Assembly: GCA_965204535.1 (NCBI GenBank)
Contig: CBDBEV010000001.1
Location: forward strand, 2,656,001 to 2,720,000
Origin: a bacterium
GTDB taxonomy: Bacteria > UBA8248
Direction of reading: 5' to 3'
DNA length: 64,000 bases
Shown here piece by piece: positions 18,658-29,220 of this stretch. Made by a program: the position numbers and the translations under genes. Each line of letters starts with the position of its first letter. Positions within the stretch are counted from its first letter, which is position 1. A model generated the notes under the pieces. That model made no database searches. It worked only from the letters and a program-made list of their open reading frames with translations, and was not told the origin of the DNA.

Positions 18658-20730
18658 TTACTCCTGGAGCGTGATGAAGAGGCTTCCGCTTCTCGTGCGC
18701 TCGGCCCTGGCGCCGGGGTCGATGACCACCGTCGTGAACGGCGACTCGATGATGGCGGGACCTCGCATCGCCTCACCCGGCTTCATGGAATCGAACGCCG
18801 CCACGCGGGCGTTCACGAGTCCCTTACCCGCGAAGTAGGCTTCGCGCCGCTTGGGGAGCGTCGTCTCGTGGATCGCCTCGCGCACGAGCCTGCCGAAGCG
18901 GCCCTTTCTCAGCTTGCACCGCGCCACGGCGCGCCAGCCGACGAACTCGACCTCGGAGGACGGATCGCGGAAGGCGAACACCTCTTCGTGCACCTCGTCG
19001 AACGCCGCCCGCGTGCGCGCCACGTCTTTTTTCGAGCGGAAGCGGTTCATGGGCAGCCCCAGATCGATCTCCCATATCTGGTGCTTGTAGCGCGCCTCGA
19101 CGTAGAACTCCGTCGCGCTCTCGACCGCCCCCTTGCCGGGACCCCTGATGAACGCGCGGCACCTGTCGCCGAGCGATTTCAGCGTCGCGTTCGCCCCCTT
19201 GAAGTCGAAGCGGTCCGTGATGGTGAAGAACATCGAGCGGTAATCGGCGTGCAAGTCGCTCATCATCGCGCCCGCGGCGGAGAGCGCCGCGCCGACTTCG
19301 GGGATCACGAGTCCCTGGCAGCCCAGCCGCTTGGCGATGGCGACCGAGTTCAAGCCCGCCGCGCCGCCTCCGCCTATCAAGACCGCGCCCCTGGGGTCGA
19401 TGCCCTGGTGGATGGTGATCTCCTCGATCGCGCCCACCATGTTCTCCGTCGCGAGGCGCAGGATGGCCGAGGCCGCCTCCTGGAGAGAAAGCCCCAGCGG
19501 TTCGGCCACGTCTTTCGAGATGGCCTTCTCGGCTTCGGAAGTGTTGAGCGTCATCGCGCCGCCGAGGAAATAGTCCGGGTCGATGTGGCCGAGGACCAAA
19601 GATGCGTCCGTGAGCGTGGGGCGCGTTCCGCCCCGGCCGTAGCAGGCGGGTCCGGGTTCCGCGCCCGCGCTCTGGGGGCCGACGTGTAAGAGTCCGCCCT
19701 CGTCCACCCAGGCGATGCTCCCCCCGCCCGCGCCGATGCTCTTCACGTCCACCGAGGGGAAGCCCAGTATGTGGCCCCGGTAGCGCTGGCCGAGCCAGGT
19801 TTCGGGCGACATGGGTATCTCGCCCCGGCGCACGAGGCTCACGTCGTAGGTGGTGCCGCCGGTGTCGGCCACGATCGCCGTCGCGGCCTTCGCGTCGGCG
19901 CGCGAGAAGTGCCTGCCCGCGATGGGCGCCATTGAAGGCCCCGAACCCACCGAGTGGATTGGCGCATCAGCCAGTTCGCCCGCGTCCATCACGCCGCCCT
20001 TCGAGGTGAGCATCAGGAGCCGCCCGGCGAAGCCTGCCGCCTTGAGGCGCTCCTGCAGCCCGCCGATGTAGCGCGACATGAGGGGTTTGAGAGACGCGTC
20101 GATGCAGGTGGAAGACGCCCGGCGGTATTCACGGAGAATCGGGTTGAGGACGTGGGAGAGGGTGTAAGGCACGCCCTTCAAGTGTTTTTTAAGGAGCTTG
20201 CCCACGCCGATCTCATGTTCCGGGTTCACGGTGGACCACAAGAGGGAGACGGCCACCGCCTCCACCCCTTTTTCTTTCAACTCCTCGATGATGGCGACCA
20301 CGCCCGCCTCGTCGAGCGGCTCGTACACGCTGCCGTCGGCGCCGATGCGCTCGGGCACCTCGTAGGTGAGCGCGCGCGGGATGTAGGGCTTGGGAAACGG
20401 CACCAGGAAGTTGAACGGCTCCATGCGCCCCCCCTCGCGCAGCACGAGGATGTCGGGGTGGCCCTTCGTGGTGAGGAAGGCGGTCTTCGCGGTGTTTCCC
20501 GTCACGATGGCGTTGGTGGCATGGGTGGTGCCGTGGATGAAGAGTTCGCCCTGGGCGAGGAGTTCTTCGGTGCTGGTCGAGAGCGCAACGGCTGCAGACT
20601 CGATGGCCGCGAGAATGCCCTCCACCGGGTCCTGGGGCGTCGTGGGGGCCTTGAACATGTGGAGGCGGCCCCGGTTGTCTTCCAGCACCAGGTCGGTGAA
20701 GGTCCCGCCCGTATCGACCGCGAATCGCAT
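18658..20730 (-). CDS. Hydantoinase A/oxoprolinase family protein
   Basis: AVDTGGTFTD, HGTTHATNA, DTGGTTYDV, GAGGGSIA, GPQSAGAEPGPACYGRGG. Confidence 0.93.
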   Translation of the reverse strand: MRFAVDTGGTFTDLVLEDNRGRLHMFKAPTTPQDPVEGILAAIESAAVALSTSTEELLAQGELFIHGTTHATNAIVTGNTAKTAFLTTKGHPDILVLREGGRMEPFNFLVPFPKPYIPRALTYEVPERIGADGSVYEPLDEAGVVAIIEELKEKGVEAVAVSLLWSTVNPEHEIGVGKLLKKHLKGVPYTLSHVLNPILREYRRASSTCIDASLKPLMSRYIGGLQERLKAAGFAGRLLMLTSKGGVMDAGELADAPIHSVGSGPSMAPIAGRHFSRADAKAATAIVADTGGTTYDVSLVRRGEIPMSPETWLGQRYRGHILGFPSVDVKSIGAGGGSIAWVDEGGLLHVGPQSAGAEPGPACYGRGGTRPTLTDASLVLGHIDPDYFLGGAMTLNTSEAEKAISKDVAEPLGLSLQEAASAILRLATENMVGAIEEITIHQGIDPRGAVLIGGGGAAGLNSVAIAKRLGCQGLVIPEVGAALSAAGAMMSDLHADYRSMFFTITDRFDFKGANATLKSLGDRCRAFIRGPGKGAVESATEFYVEARYKHQIWEIDLGLPMNRFRSKKDVARTRAAFDEVHEEVFAFRDPSSEVEFVGWRAVARCKLRKGRFGRLVREAIHETTLPKRREAYFAGKGLVNARVAAFDSMKPGEAMRGPAIIESPFTTVVIDPGARAERTRSGSLFITLQE

Positions 20731-20873
20731 TTCCCGCCTCCCGCGCTCATCCGCGCTCTGACCCTTGCGGATGAGGTTGAACTATCGCTATCTGCGAATG
20801 GATGATGAATTCAGGCGCAATATATCATTCCCTGGGCGGTGGGATGCAAGGAGGCCGCAGGTGAAAATTCGCG

Positions 20874-21581
20874 TCACGCGTCGCGCACGTGCGCGTAGTA
20901 CCGGGCGAGGCGTTCGGCGGAGACGCCCAGGGCGAAGAGGATGCTCAGCCCCCACCAGATGACGAGGCACTTGGGTTTGCCCCATACGTCGATGCGCCGC
21001 CCGCTGGTGACTACGGGCGTCTCGATGACGGCCACCCGACCGAAAGCTCGCATTCTGCGGCTCAGGTCCCAGTCTTCGAACAGGGGCATGTCGGCGTAGC
21101 CGCCCATGCGCTCGAAGGCCTCGCGCCGGATGAAGATGCACTGGTCGCCGAGGAAGCGTTTCGCGATTTTCGCGCGCATGTTGGCGCTGAAGCTGATAAA
21201 GCGGCTGAAGCTATCCTCGCGATCGAAGCTGTGGAGAAAGCCCCCGCCCGCCACGTCGCCTGCACACATGACGTCCTCGATTTCCCGCAACGCCCCCGGC
21301 GGCAGCTTGGTGTCGCAGTGAAGAAACAGGATCGTCTCGCCTTGGGTGTGAGTGGCGCCCGCGTTCATCTGGCGCGCGCGTCCCGGTTCCGATTCGACGA
21401 TCAGGGCGCGCCCGTCCGCCGCGGCGCGCGTGTCGTCCGCGCTGCCCCCATCGGCGAGGATGATCTGCTTTTCCCCCGGCTGGGCGTCGAGCATGTCGAA
21501 CATGGCGGACAGCCTGGGCGCTTCGTTCAGCACGGGCACGACGATGGAGATCATCGCAGAATCCCTCTCTGGAACCGGCAT
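20874..21581 (-). CDS. GT2 glycosyltransferase (TIGR04283-like)
   Basis: ISIVVPVLNE, DGGSAD, GRARQMNAGA, LFLHCD, GDQ, FED motifs. Confidence 0.85.
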   Translation of the reverse strand: MPVPERDSAMISIVVPVLNEAPRLSAMFDMLDAQPGEKQIILADGGSADDTRAAADGRALIVESEPGRARQMNAGATHTQGETILFLHCDTKLPPGALREIEDVMCAGDVAGGGFLHSFDREDSFSRFISFSANMRAKIAKRFLGDQCIFIRREAFERMGGYADMPLFEDWDLSRRMRAFGRVAVIETPVVTSGRRIDVWGKPKCLVIWWGLSILFALGVSAERLARYYAHVRDA

Positions 21582-21663
21582 GACTCTAAAAAGTCCCGGG
21601 GCGATACATTCCCCGGGCTGTGCTATGATGCCCCATGCGAAGCCATCCGATGAACCCTAACCA

Positions 21664-23253
21664 TTGGAACGGCCCATGTCGATAAGGCGCATCCGTATTT
21701 TCCGTCTTCTCCGCTCGCGCGCACCGGGCGTACGGCGCGCGAAGCATCTCACGATATGTCTCACTCTATTGGCTGCGGTGCTCTCCGCGAGCCTCGTCTT
21801 TTCGCTCTCAAGCGATCAGGAAGAGGCCATCGCCCTCCTGTATGAGGTCATGGAGAAAGTGGATCATAGCTACGCGCGCACCCCCGATTTCCGGAAAATG
21901 TACGTCGCGGGCCTGGAGGGCCTCAAGAAAAGCGCGGGCGAGGAGCGCTTCGATTTCGAGGAGAAGGCGGGAGACGAGGTTCTCCTCAAGGCGGGGGAGA
22001 GGGAGTTGCTCGTTCGCCTCCGGGGAGACACCGTCGGCGGGCTGGGCGGGTTCGAGCGCGCCTACCGGTTCGCGGTGGCGAACGCCGGGGATTCGGAGAA
22101 GAAAAAAGGCGGGCTGAGCGTCATGTACGCCGCGCTCACTTCCATGCTGCGTTCTCTCGACCCTTTCAGCACGTTCGTCACGCCCGAGTCCTACAGGCAG
22201 ATGCGGGTGGAGCATACGGGCCGCTACGGCGGGGTGGGCGTCATCATCACGGTGCGGGAGAAGAAGCTCACCATCGTATCGCCCATCGATGACACGCCCG
22301 CGCACCGGGCGGGCCTCAAATCCGAGGACGTGATTCTGGAAATCGACGGCGCCTCCACGGCGGACATGCCGCTCTCAGAGGTCGTGCGCCGCATGAGAGG
22401 GCCCGCGGGCAAGACGGTGGATTTGCTGATTTCGCGCGTGGATTGGCCCGAGCCCCGCAACGTGCCGCTTCGCCGCGCGATCATCAGCATCAAGAGCGTG
22501 AAAACGGAGGTGAAAGAGGGCGGGATCGGCTATCTGCGGGTCACGGCCTTTCATGGCCGCACGACGCGGGAACTGGACGTAGCGCTCAACGATTTGATTC
22601 AAAAGAAAGTGCGGGGGATCGTGCTGGACCTGCGCGACAATCCCGGTGGTTTTCTCCGCCAGTCCGTCCAGGTATCCGAACGGTTTCTGCCAGACGGCAG
22701 CATGGTCGTCTTCACACGTGGGCGGAGGCGCAGCGAGACGGCCTATTTCCGCTCTCGCGGCACCGGCGTTTGGGTGGGGAAGCCTCTGGTCGTGCTGATC
22801 AACAAGGGCAGCGCGAGCGCGTCCGAAATCGTGGCCGGCGCCCTGCAGGATCTGGATCGCGCCCTCATCATCGGCAGGACCAGCTTCGGCAAAGGGTCCG
22901 TTCAGGCCATCATCCCCACGAGGGGCGAGGCGGCGGTCCGGCTGACGACGTCGAAATACTACACCCCGCTCGGCCGCCTGATTCACGAGAAAGGCATTCA
23001 GCCCGACGTCGAGGCGGGGCCTCAGCCGCTCACAAAAAAAGAGATCAGGGAGAGAAGAAGGGAGATGAGGACTTCGCTCTACAAGAAAGAGGAAAAGACG
23101 GAGGAGAAGAAAAAAGACACTGTCCTCGAACTGGCGTTGTCCGTCTTGAGGGACGCCAAGAGCGCGAACGTGGAAGCGCTTCGCCGGGCGGCGCTTGATG
23201 CGCAGCGCCTGATGCGAAGCGTCGAAGCGGTATCCCCCGCGGCTTCTCCCTGA
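21664..23253 (+). CDS. ctpA: Carboxyl-terminal processing protease (S41 family)
   Basis: PDZ domain, LDLRDNPGG, GSASASEIVAGALQD, FGKGSVQ. Start uncertain. Confidence 0.9.
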   Translation: MERPMSIRRIRIFRLLRSRAPGVRRAKHLTICLTLLAAVLSASLVFSLSSDQEEAIALLYEVMEKVDHSYARTPDFRKMYVAGLEGLKKSAGEERFDFEEKAGDEVLLKAGERELLVRLRGDTVGGLGGFERAYRFAVANAGDSEKKKGGLSVMYAALTSMLRSLDPFSTFVTPESYRQMRVEHTGRYGGVGVIITVREKKLTIVSPIDDTPAHRAGLKSEDVILEIDGASTADMPLSEVVRRMRGPAGKTVDLLISRVDWPEPRNVPLRRAIISIKSVKTEVKEGGIGYLRVTAFHGRTTRELDVALNDLIQKKVRGIVLDLRDNPGGFLRQSVQVSERFLPDGSMVVFTRGRRRSETAYFRSRGTGVWVGKPLVVLINKGSASASEIVAGALQDLDRALIIGRTSFGKGSVQAIIPTRGEAAVRLTTSKYYTPLGRLIHEKGIQPDVEAGPQPLTKKEIRERRREMRTSLYKKEEKTEEKKKDTVLELALSVLRDAKSANVEALRRAALDAQRLMRSVEAVSPAASP

Positions 23254-23305
23254 ACTCCCTCGCATCCCCCGCCGGAATAAATAAAGGAATCGTCGGTTTT
23301 TCGCG

Positions 23306-24154
23306 TTATTGTATGAACGCGACGATGGTACCCACCGCGGCGGCCAGCCCCAGAAGCTTTCTCGCAGTCATCTTTTCGGACAGCCGCCAGGTGGCCAGGA
23401 TTGTGGTCACGATGAAGCTCAACTGCACGATCGGCGAGACGATGGTGGCCTCACCCTCCCTGAATGCGGCCAGCAGCGAGGTGTTCCCGAATATGAAGCA
23501 GACGGCGGTCGCGAGTCCGTGCGCCCAGCCTTTTTTCGAGAATTTCGGCCCCCCCTGCACGGCGAACGAGTAGATGTACGCGGTGGTGATGAAGAAAACC
23601 GCCTGGCTGTGCAGAAACATGATCGGCGCCACCCCGCCCGAGACGCCGAGCTTGTAGATGAAGTTCACGAGGCCGACGGCCACCATCGCCACGACGGCCC
23701 ACAGGACGGAGGCGAGCTTGTCGGCGGAGAAACTCCCCCGGTGAAAATCCGAGAACAGGAAAATGGCGCAGCCGGTGAGGATGAGGCCTGCGATTTTCGG
23801 GAGCGTGATGGATTCACTCAGAAACCAGACGGCGAGCATGGCGGTGACGACGAAACTCATCCGGTAGATGGGCGTGCTGGCGCTCGTCTCTCCGAGCTCC
23901 ACGCTTCTCATGAAGCTCCAAAAGCCGATGAATGTAAAAAAAGCGGCGCCGATGCCCAGAAAGGCGGGAGGCGTCCAGACGTAGCTGCCCTCGTAATACG
24001 CCCAGATCCACGTGACGGGAACGACGATGCTCGACTGCGAGGCCGTGATCGTGCCCGGCAAAATCCTGTTCCTGACAGCGCGTCCATATACGTAGTCCGC
24101 CACCCCGATGAGGAACAACGCAAAAAGCGCGAATAGAATGAACCTTGGAAGCAA
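23306..24154 (-). CDS. EamA/DMT family transporter
   Basis: About ten hydrophobic helices in two repeats, each ending WFLSE/WRLSE. TTG start inferred. Confidence 0.8.
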   Translation of the reverse strand: MLPRFILFALFALFLIGVADYVYGRAVRNRILPGTITASQSSIVVPVTWIWAYYEGSYVWTPPAFLGIGAAFFTFIGFWSFMRSVELGETSASTPIYRMSFVVTAMLAVWFLSESITLPKIAGLILTGCAIFLFSDFHRGSFSADKLASVLWAVVAMVAVGLVNFIYKLGVSGGVAPIMFLHSQAVFFITTAYIYSFAVQGGPKFSKKGWAHGLATAVCFIFGNTSLLAAFREGEATIVSPIVQLSFIVTTILATWRLSEKMTARKLLGLAAAVGTIVAFIQ

Positions 24155-24558
24155 CTCGAATTTCTCCCTGGCAAATGCTTCTGGCCGGAATCCGTTTCGG
24201 GCGTCATACCCGTTTTCGGCGGGCGCGTTTCGTCGGTTCAGGAAGATTACGCCGAAACGACCCTCCATTCATAGCGCTGCACCCGCTCGTTTCGCCTGCT
24301 CGCGCATCCTCGCCCGGACCCGCCGTGTGGAGGACAAGGCGCACCGAGCGTGCCCGGGCCTCGTTTTTTTGCTTGTTGTGCAGGCAGGGGGCATCCTGTA
24401 TATTGCGGCTATATATCTCGCCATGTTGCTTACGTGAACCGCACCGGAATCAATCCGGGGGAAGGTTCAATCTTTCTTCTCTTGTACGTGCGGAAACGGG
24501 TAGGTCCCTGCGTCCGCACTCTGAGTCCACGGAATCGGAAGCCAGGGAGGATCATGTA

Positions 24559-25815
24559 ATGGCAACGAGATCGACGGATACCCGAAAGCGATGGTTCAGC
24601 GTTTCTCGTCCGGCGGTGATAATGACGGTGACGGTTTTCGCCCTGATCGCCGCCTTCAGTTCCCCCGCCTTCGCCGCGAAGAAAGACCCCATCAAAATCG
24701 GGGTGCTGTCGTTTCTGAGCGGAAAGCTCAAGCCAATCGGCGATGAGATCACCACGGGCATCCAGACGGCCGTGAAGATGCACGGACCCGTCCTGGGCCG
24801 CTCCATCGAGTTGATCCTCGAGGACAGCCTGGTGAACGCGCAGGTGGCGGTCACCAAGGCGACCAAGCTCGTCCAGAAAAACCAGGTGACGGCGATTCTG
24901 GGAACGAGCACGCTGGAGGCGCTCGCGCTGCTGCCCGTGGCGAATCGCCTGCGCGTGCCCATCATCACCTCGAACAGCGGCTCGGCCGTCATCACGGGCA
25001 GCAAGTGCAACTACTGGGTGTTCCAGACGAACCCCACCCCCCAGATGGCCGTCGTGGCGATGGACTCGCTCATCAACGACACCCCGAAGTTCAAGGCCGC
25101 GAAGTGGTTCACGATGGGCCACGACTACCCCTGGAGCCGCCGCGTGGCGCGCTCGGTCAAGATCGTCAAGGGCGTGAATTACGTCGGTGAGGCGTATGCG
25201 CCGCTCGACACCACGGACTGGGCGCCGTTCATCGCGAAGGTCCGCGCGTCCGGCGCGACCGCGGTGGTCATTCCCGTCACCCTGGGCACGCCGCTCGTGC
25301 AGTTCATCCAGCAGGCCAACGAGTTCGGCCTGACCAAGCAGGCGACCCTGGTGGCGCCCATCGGACTGCCGGACTGGCTCATCGCGAAGCTGGGCGAGTT
25401 GTCGACCCATATCGTCTCGGCGGGCGCGTGGAGCGCGTGGCGTCTTGAGGACACGATACCCGCGACCAAAAAGTTCAACGAACTCTACTACAAGATGCAC
25501 GGCCGCGTAGCCGGGATGCAGGCCATCCAGGCGGGTACGGCGGCCCAGCTTCTGTTCAACGCCATCACGAAAGCGGGCTCGACGGACGGCAAGGCCATCG
25601 TCGCGGCGCTCGAGAAGCTCGACGTGGAGGCTCCCGCGGGTAGGATGCGCTTCCAGAAGGACGGACGCATGGCGGAGGTTGCGCTGATACTCGGACGGAT
25701 CGAGAAGCTCAAGAAGCCGAAGTACGGCGCCATGTATGCGCAGTCGGTCAATGCGCTTCCCGCGTCCAAGACGCTCGAGCCGGCGAAGAAGCTCGGCTGT
25801 AATTTGAAGAAATAG
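24559..25815 (+). CDS. Branched-chain amino acid-type ABC substrate-binding protein
   Basis: Signal peptide, PIKIGVL, LGRSIELILED, YAPLDTTDWAP; GGGAGG RBS. Confidence 0.88.
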   Translation: MATRSTDTRKRWFSVSRPAVIMTVTVFALIAAFSSPAFAAKKDPIKIGVLSFLSGKLKPIGDEITTGIQTAVKMHGPVLGRSIELILEDSLVNAQVAVTKATKLVQKNQVTAILGTSTLEALALLPVANRLRVPIITSNSGSAVITGSKCNYWVFQTNPTPQMAVVAMDSLINDTPKFKAAKWFTMGHDYPWSRRVARSVKIVKGVNYVGEAYAPLDTTDWAPFIAKVRASGATAVVIPVTLGTPLVQFIQQANEFGLTKQATLVAPIGLPDWLIAKLGELSTHIVSAGAWSAWRLEDTIPATKKFNELYYKMHGRVAGMQAIQAGTAAQLLFNAITKAGSTDGKAIVAALEKLDVEAPAGRMRFQKDGRMAEVALILGRIEKLKKPKYGAMYAQSVNALPASKTLEPAKKLGCNLKK

Positions 25816-25823
25816 CGGTTGGA

Positions 25824-26690
25824 ATGGATTGGAATTTCTTGTTCGTCAATTCGCTGAACGGGATCATCTACGGATCGTTCCTGGCGCTGACGAGTCTCGG
25901 CCTGAGCCTGGTGTTCGGCTTGGGCCGAGTCGTCAACTTCGCGCACGGGGTGCTGTACGCCCTGGGGGGATATTTCTTCATCATCCTCCTGCCCTCGCTG
26001 GGCTGGGGGGCGATGGTGTTCGCCCCGCTGGTGGTGGTGCCCCTCGCCATCGCGATGGAATGGCTGACGATCGCCCCCATCCGGAACCGGGATGAAATCT
26101 ACACCCTGCTCGTGACTTTTGGCCTTTCCTTCATGATCACGGGCGCGATTGAATATCTCTGGGGCACCGAGACGACCCTGATCAAGCCGCCCGTCATTTT
26201 CCAGGGGACGGTGGACATCCTCGGCAATCAGTTCCCCATCTACAGGCTCTTCGCGTCGACGCTATCCTTGTTGGTGACGGGGCTGGTCTTCGTCTTCATC
26301 CAGTTCACGCCGGTGGGCCTCAAGATTCGCGCCATCACCGATGACAACGAAATGGCCGAAGCGCTCGGCATCAACACGCGGTGGCTGCTCACGAGCATCT
26401 TCGGGGGCGCGGCCGGGTTCGCGGCGTTCGCCGGCGCGCTGGGCGCTCCCATCTTTTCCGTCGAACCGGAGATGGGAATGGGCATCATCATCGACTCGTT
26501 CCTGGCGGTGATCCTGGGCGGTCTCGGCCATCTGCCGGGGACGGCCGTGGGGGCGTTCATCGTGGCGCTCGCGAAATCCATCGGCGGGGGCTACATCGCG
26601 GAATGGGCCATCGCGGTCTTGTTCCTGGTCGTGGCCGCGATCATGGTGCTTCGGCCCAGAGGAGTTTTCGGTCGTGGCCGCATCGCCTGA
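25824..26690 (+). CDS. livH: ABC permease LivH-like
   Basis: GLSLVFGLGRVVNFAHG; ILGGLG; RPRGVFG. Confidence 0.88.
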   Translation: MDWNFLFVNSLNGIIYGSFLALTSLGLSLVFGLGRVVNFAHGVLYALGGYFFIILLPSLGWGAMVFAPLVVVPLAIAMEWLTIAPIRNRDEIYTLLVTFGLSFMITGAIEYLWGTETTLIKPPVIFQGTVDILGNQFPIYRLFASTLSLLVTGLVFVFIQFTPVGLKIRAITDDNEMAEALGINTRWLLTSIFGGAAGFAAFAGALGAPIFSVEPEMGMGIIIDSFLAVILGGLGHLPGTAVGAFIVALAKSIGGGYIAEWAIAVLFLVVAAIMVLRPRGVFGRGRIA

Positions 26691-27678
26691 GGTGGAAAAC
26701 CTGGTGGAAGACGCCTCCAGGCTCCGTTCGCGGGAAGTGGCGACGCGGGTGCTGCTCGCCGGCTCCGCGATCCTGGTGCTGGCGGTTCCGTTTCTGGGCG
26801 CGAGTCCGTTTTTCATCACCCTGCTCACCGAGGCCCTGATCTTCGGCATCTGGGCGATGAGCCTCGATTTGCTGGTGGGCTACACGGGTCTCGTCTCGTT
26901 CGGCCACGCCGCGAGTTTCGGCTTCGCGACCTATGCCGCGGGCATATTCGCCATGAACATATCCGCGGATTTTTTCCTCTCGACCATCATGGCCATCGTC
27001 GCCGCCGCCGCGGTGGCGTTTCTGACCGGCCTGGTGGTGACGCGCCTCTCGGGAATCGCCTTCGCCATTCTCACGCTCTGCATCTGCCAGGTCCTGTTTC
27101 AGGTATCCGTCGTGTGGCGCTCGTTCACCGGCGGGCTGGACGGCTTGATCGGCGTTCCGCTGCCCACGCTCTTCGGCCGGGAGGTGGAGCCCGGCGAGGA
27201 GTTCTACCTCCTCACCGCGGTTACGCTCATCGTCTGCTATCTTCTGCTGAGGAGGGTGGTGGAGTCTCCCTTCGGGAAAACCCTGCTGGCGATTCGCGCG
27301 AACGAGGACAGGGCGGCGGCCATCGGCATCGACGTGAGACGGCACAAGCTGGTGATTCTCATCCTCTCCTGGATGACGGGCGGCGTAGCGGGAACGCTCT
27401 TCGTCTTCCTGAAAGCGGGCGCGAACCCGATGACGCTCTACTGGATCGAATCGGGCAACATACTGGCTATCACGATTCTAGGCGGCATCGGAACGCTTTT
27501 CGGCCCGATCATCGGGGCGATCGGCTTCATATTCATCCGCGATCAGGTGACGACGATGTACCGGGCGTGGCAGTTTTCCTTCGGGCTCGCCTTCGTGCTC
27601 GCCGTCTTGTTCATGCCCTCGGGAATCGCGGGCATCGCCGAGAGAATCTGGAGACGACTGTGGCCGGCGCGTTCGTAG
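26674..27678 (+). CDS. livM: ABC permease LivM-like
   Basis: LLVGYTGLVSFGHA, SPFGKTLLAIRANE, LGGIGTLFGPIIGA. Confidence 0.88.
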   Translation: MAASPEVENLVEDASRLRSREVATRVLLAGSAILVLAVPFLGASPFFITLLTEALIFGIWAMSLDLLVGYTGLVSFGHAASFGFATYAAGIFAMNISADFFLSTIMAIVAAAAVAFLTGLVVTRLSGIAFAILTLCICQVLFQVSVVWRSFTGGLDGLIGVPLPTLFGREVEPGEEFYLLTAVTLIVCYLLLRRVVESPFGKTLLAIRANEDRAAAIGIDVRRHKLVILILSWMTGGVAGTLFVFLKAGANPMTLYWIESGNILAITILGGIGTLFGPIIGAIGFIFIRDQVTTMYRAWQFSFGLAFVLAVLFMPSGIAGIAERIWRRLWPARS

Positions 27679-28418
27679 TAGAAGGCCTCCACAAGTCCTT
27701 CGGTGCTCTGCACGCCGTGAACGACGTTTCCCTGGATATCGAAGCCGGGCAGGTCCACGCGCTTATCGGCCCGAACGGCGCGGGCAAGACGACGCTGTTC
27801 AACTGCATCACCGGATTTCTTCGTCCCGACGCCGGCAAGGTGTTGTTGAACGGGAGCGACGTTACCCATCTGCCTTCCCACAAGCTGGTGAAGACGGGAA
27901 TCGTCCGCACGTTCCAGATCACCCAGGTCTTCGGCGAATTGAGCGCGCGCGAGAACGTCGAGCTTGCGGCGCGCTCCCGCGAGGGGCTGAATTTCGATTT
28001 CTTCCGAAAGGCGAGCACCTGCCGCGAGGCCCGCGAGGACGCGGAGGAATCGCTGGAGGTGGTCGGGCTGATCGAGAAGGCGCATCTGCGGCCCGAAGAG
28101 CTGGGACACGGGGACAAGCGCGTGCTCGAGGTGGCTATTGGACTTGCGCTCAACCCCGAAGTCTTGTTGCTCGATGAACCGACGGCGGGCATGTCCCGAA
28201 CGGAGACCGAGCGCATCGCCCGCCTGGTGCGGCAAATCGCGGAGCGCACGAGCGTCCTTCTGGTCGAGCACGACACGGAAGTGGTTCTCTCGATCTCGGA
28301 TAAAATCACCGTGATGACGCAGGGCCGGGTGATCGCCCAGGGACCGCCCGAGCAGATCAGCAAGGACCCCCAGGTGCAGGACGCTTACCTGGGCGCCGTC
28401 GAAGTGGAGGAGGATTGA
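27660..28418 (+). CDS. livG: ABC ATP-binding protein LivG-like
   Basis: GPNGAGKTT, RTFQ, LLLDEPTAGM. GTG start inferred. Confidence 0.88.
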   Translation: MAGAFVVEGLHKSFGALHAVNDVSLDIEAGQVHALIGPNGAGKTTLFNCITGFLRPDAGKVLLNGSDVTHLPSHKLVKTGIVRTFQITQVFGELSARENVELAARSREGLNFDFFRKASTCREAREDAEESLEVVGLIEKAHLRPEELGHGDKRVLEVAIGLALNPEVLLLDEPTAGMSRTETERIARLVRQIAERTSVLLVEHDTEVVLSISDKITVMTQGRVIAQGPPEQISKDPQVQDAYLGAVEVEED

Positions 28419-29149
28419 TGCTCAAAGTCTCCTCACTACACGTTCATTACGGGAGCGCCCACGTTCTCCACGGCGTGGATCTTGAGGTGGGCGCAGGCAA
28501 AATCGTCTGTCTCATCGGGCGCAACGGCGCGGGCAAGAGCACGACGCTCAAGTCCATCATGGGTCTCGTGCCCGCCACTTCAGGCGAAATCCTCTTCGAG
28601 GAGCAGCGCATCGAAGCGATGGCGGCCCACCAGGTCGCTCGCATGGGAGTCGCCTACGTGCCCGAGGACAGGCGGCCCTTTGGTTCCTTGAGCGTGGAGG
28701 AGAACATCCGCGTGGCGGCGCAGGCCAGCCCGAACTCCGACGCAAACGGCGTCAGCGAGGCGCTGGCGTTTTTCCCTGTCCTGGAAGAGCGCGCCAGACA
28801 ACTGGCGGGGAGCCTGAGCGGCGGTGAGCAGCAGATGCTCGTGATCGCGCGCGCCCTAGTGGCGCGTCCAAGGCTGATTCTGCTCGATGAGCCGACCGAA
28901 GGGCTCGCGCCCAGCCTCGTCCGCTCCATCAGGGACGGAATCATGAAGACCCGCACGCATGGCCTCTCCATCCTCCTCGTGGAGCAGAACCTCTCCCTGG
29001 CGCTGGAGGTGGGCGATTATTTCTACGTGCTGAGCCGCGGTTTCGTCGCCTTCGAGGGAACGAGCGAAGAGCTCCTTGCGCGGGAGGACGTAATCGCCGA
29101 ACATCTGGGAGTCGGCCGCGTGAAGGAGGCCTTGAGAGCGCGCGAATAA
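28415..29149 (+). CDS. livF: ABC ATP-binding protein LivF-like
   Basis: GRNGAGKST, LSGGEQQML, LLDEPTEGLAP. Confidence 0.9.
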   Translation: MMLKVSSLHVHYGSAHVLHGVDLEVGAGKIVCLIGRNGAGKSTTLKSIMGLVPATSGEILFEEQRIEAMAAHQVARMGVAYVPEDRRPFGSLSVEENIRVAAQASPNSDANGVSEALAFFPVLEERARQLAGSLSGGEQQMLVIARALVARPRLILLDEPTEGLAPSLVRSIRDGIMKTRTHGLSILLVEQNLSLALEVGDYFYVLSRGFVAFEGTSEELLAREDVIAEHLGVGRVKEALRARE

Positions 29150-29220
29150 ATTGCTGCGCCGCGCCGAGAAAATCCCGAACCGCTCCGAGCCGCCCTGAAC
29201 CCCGTAAAAGAGATCACCCG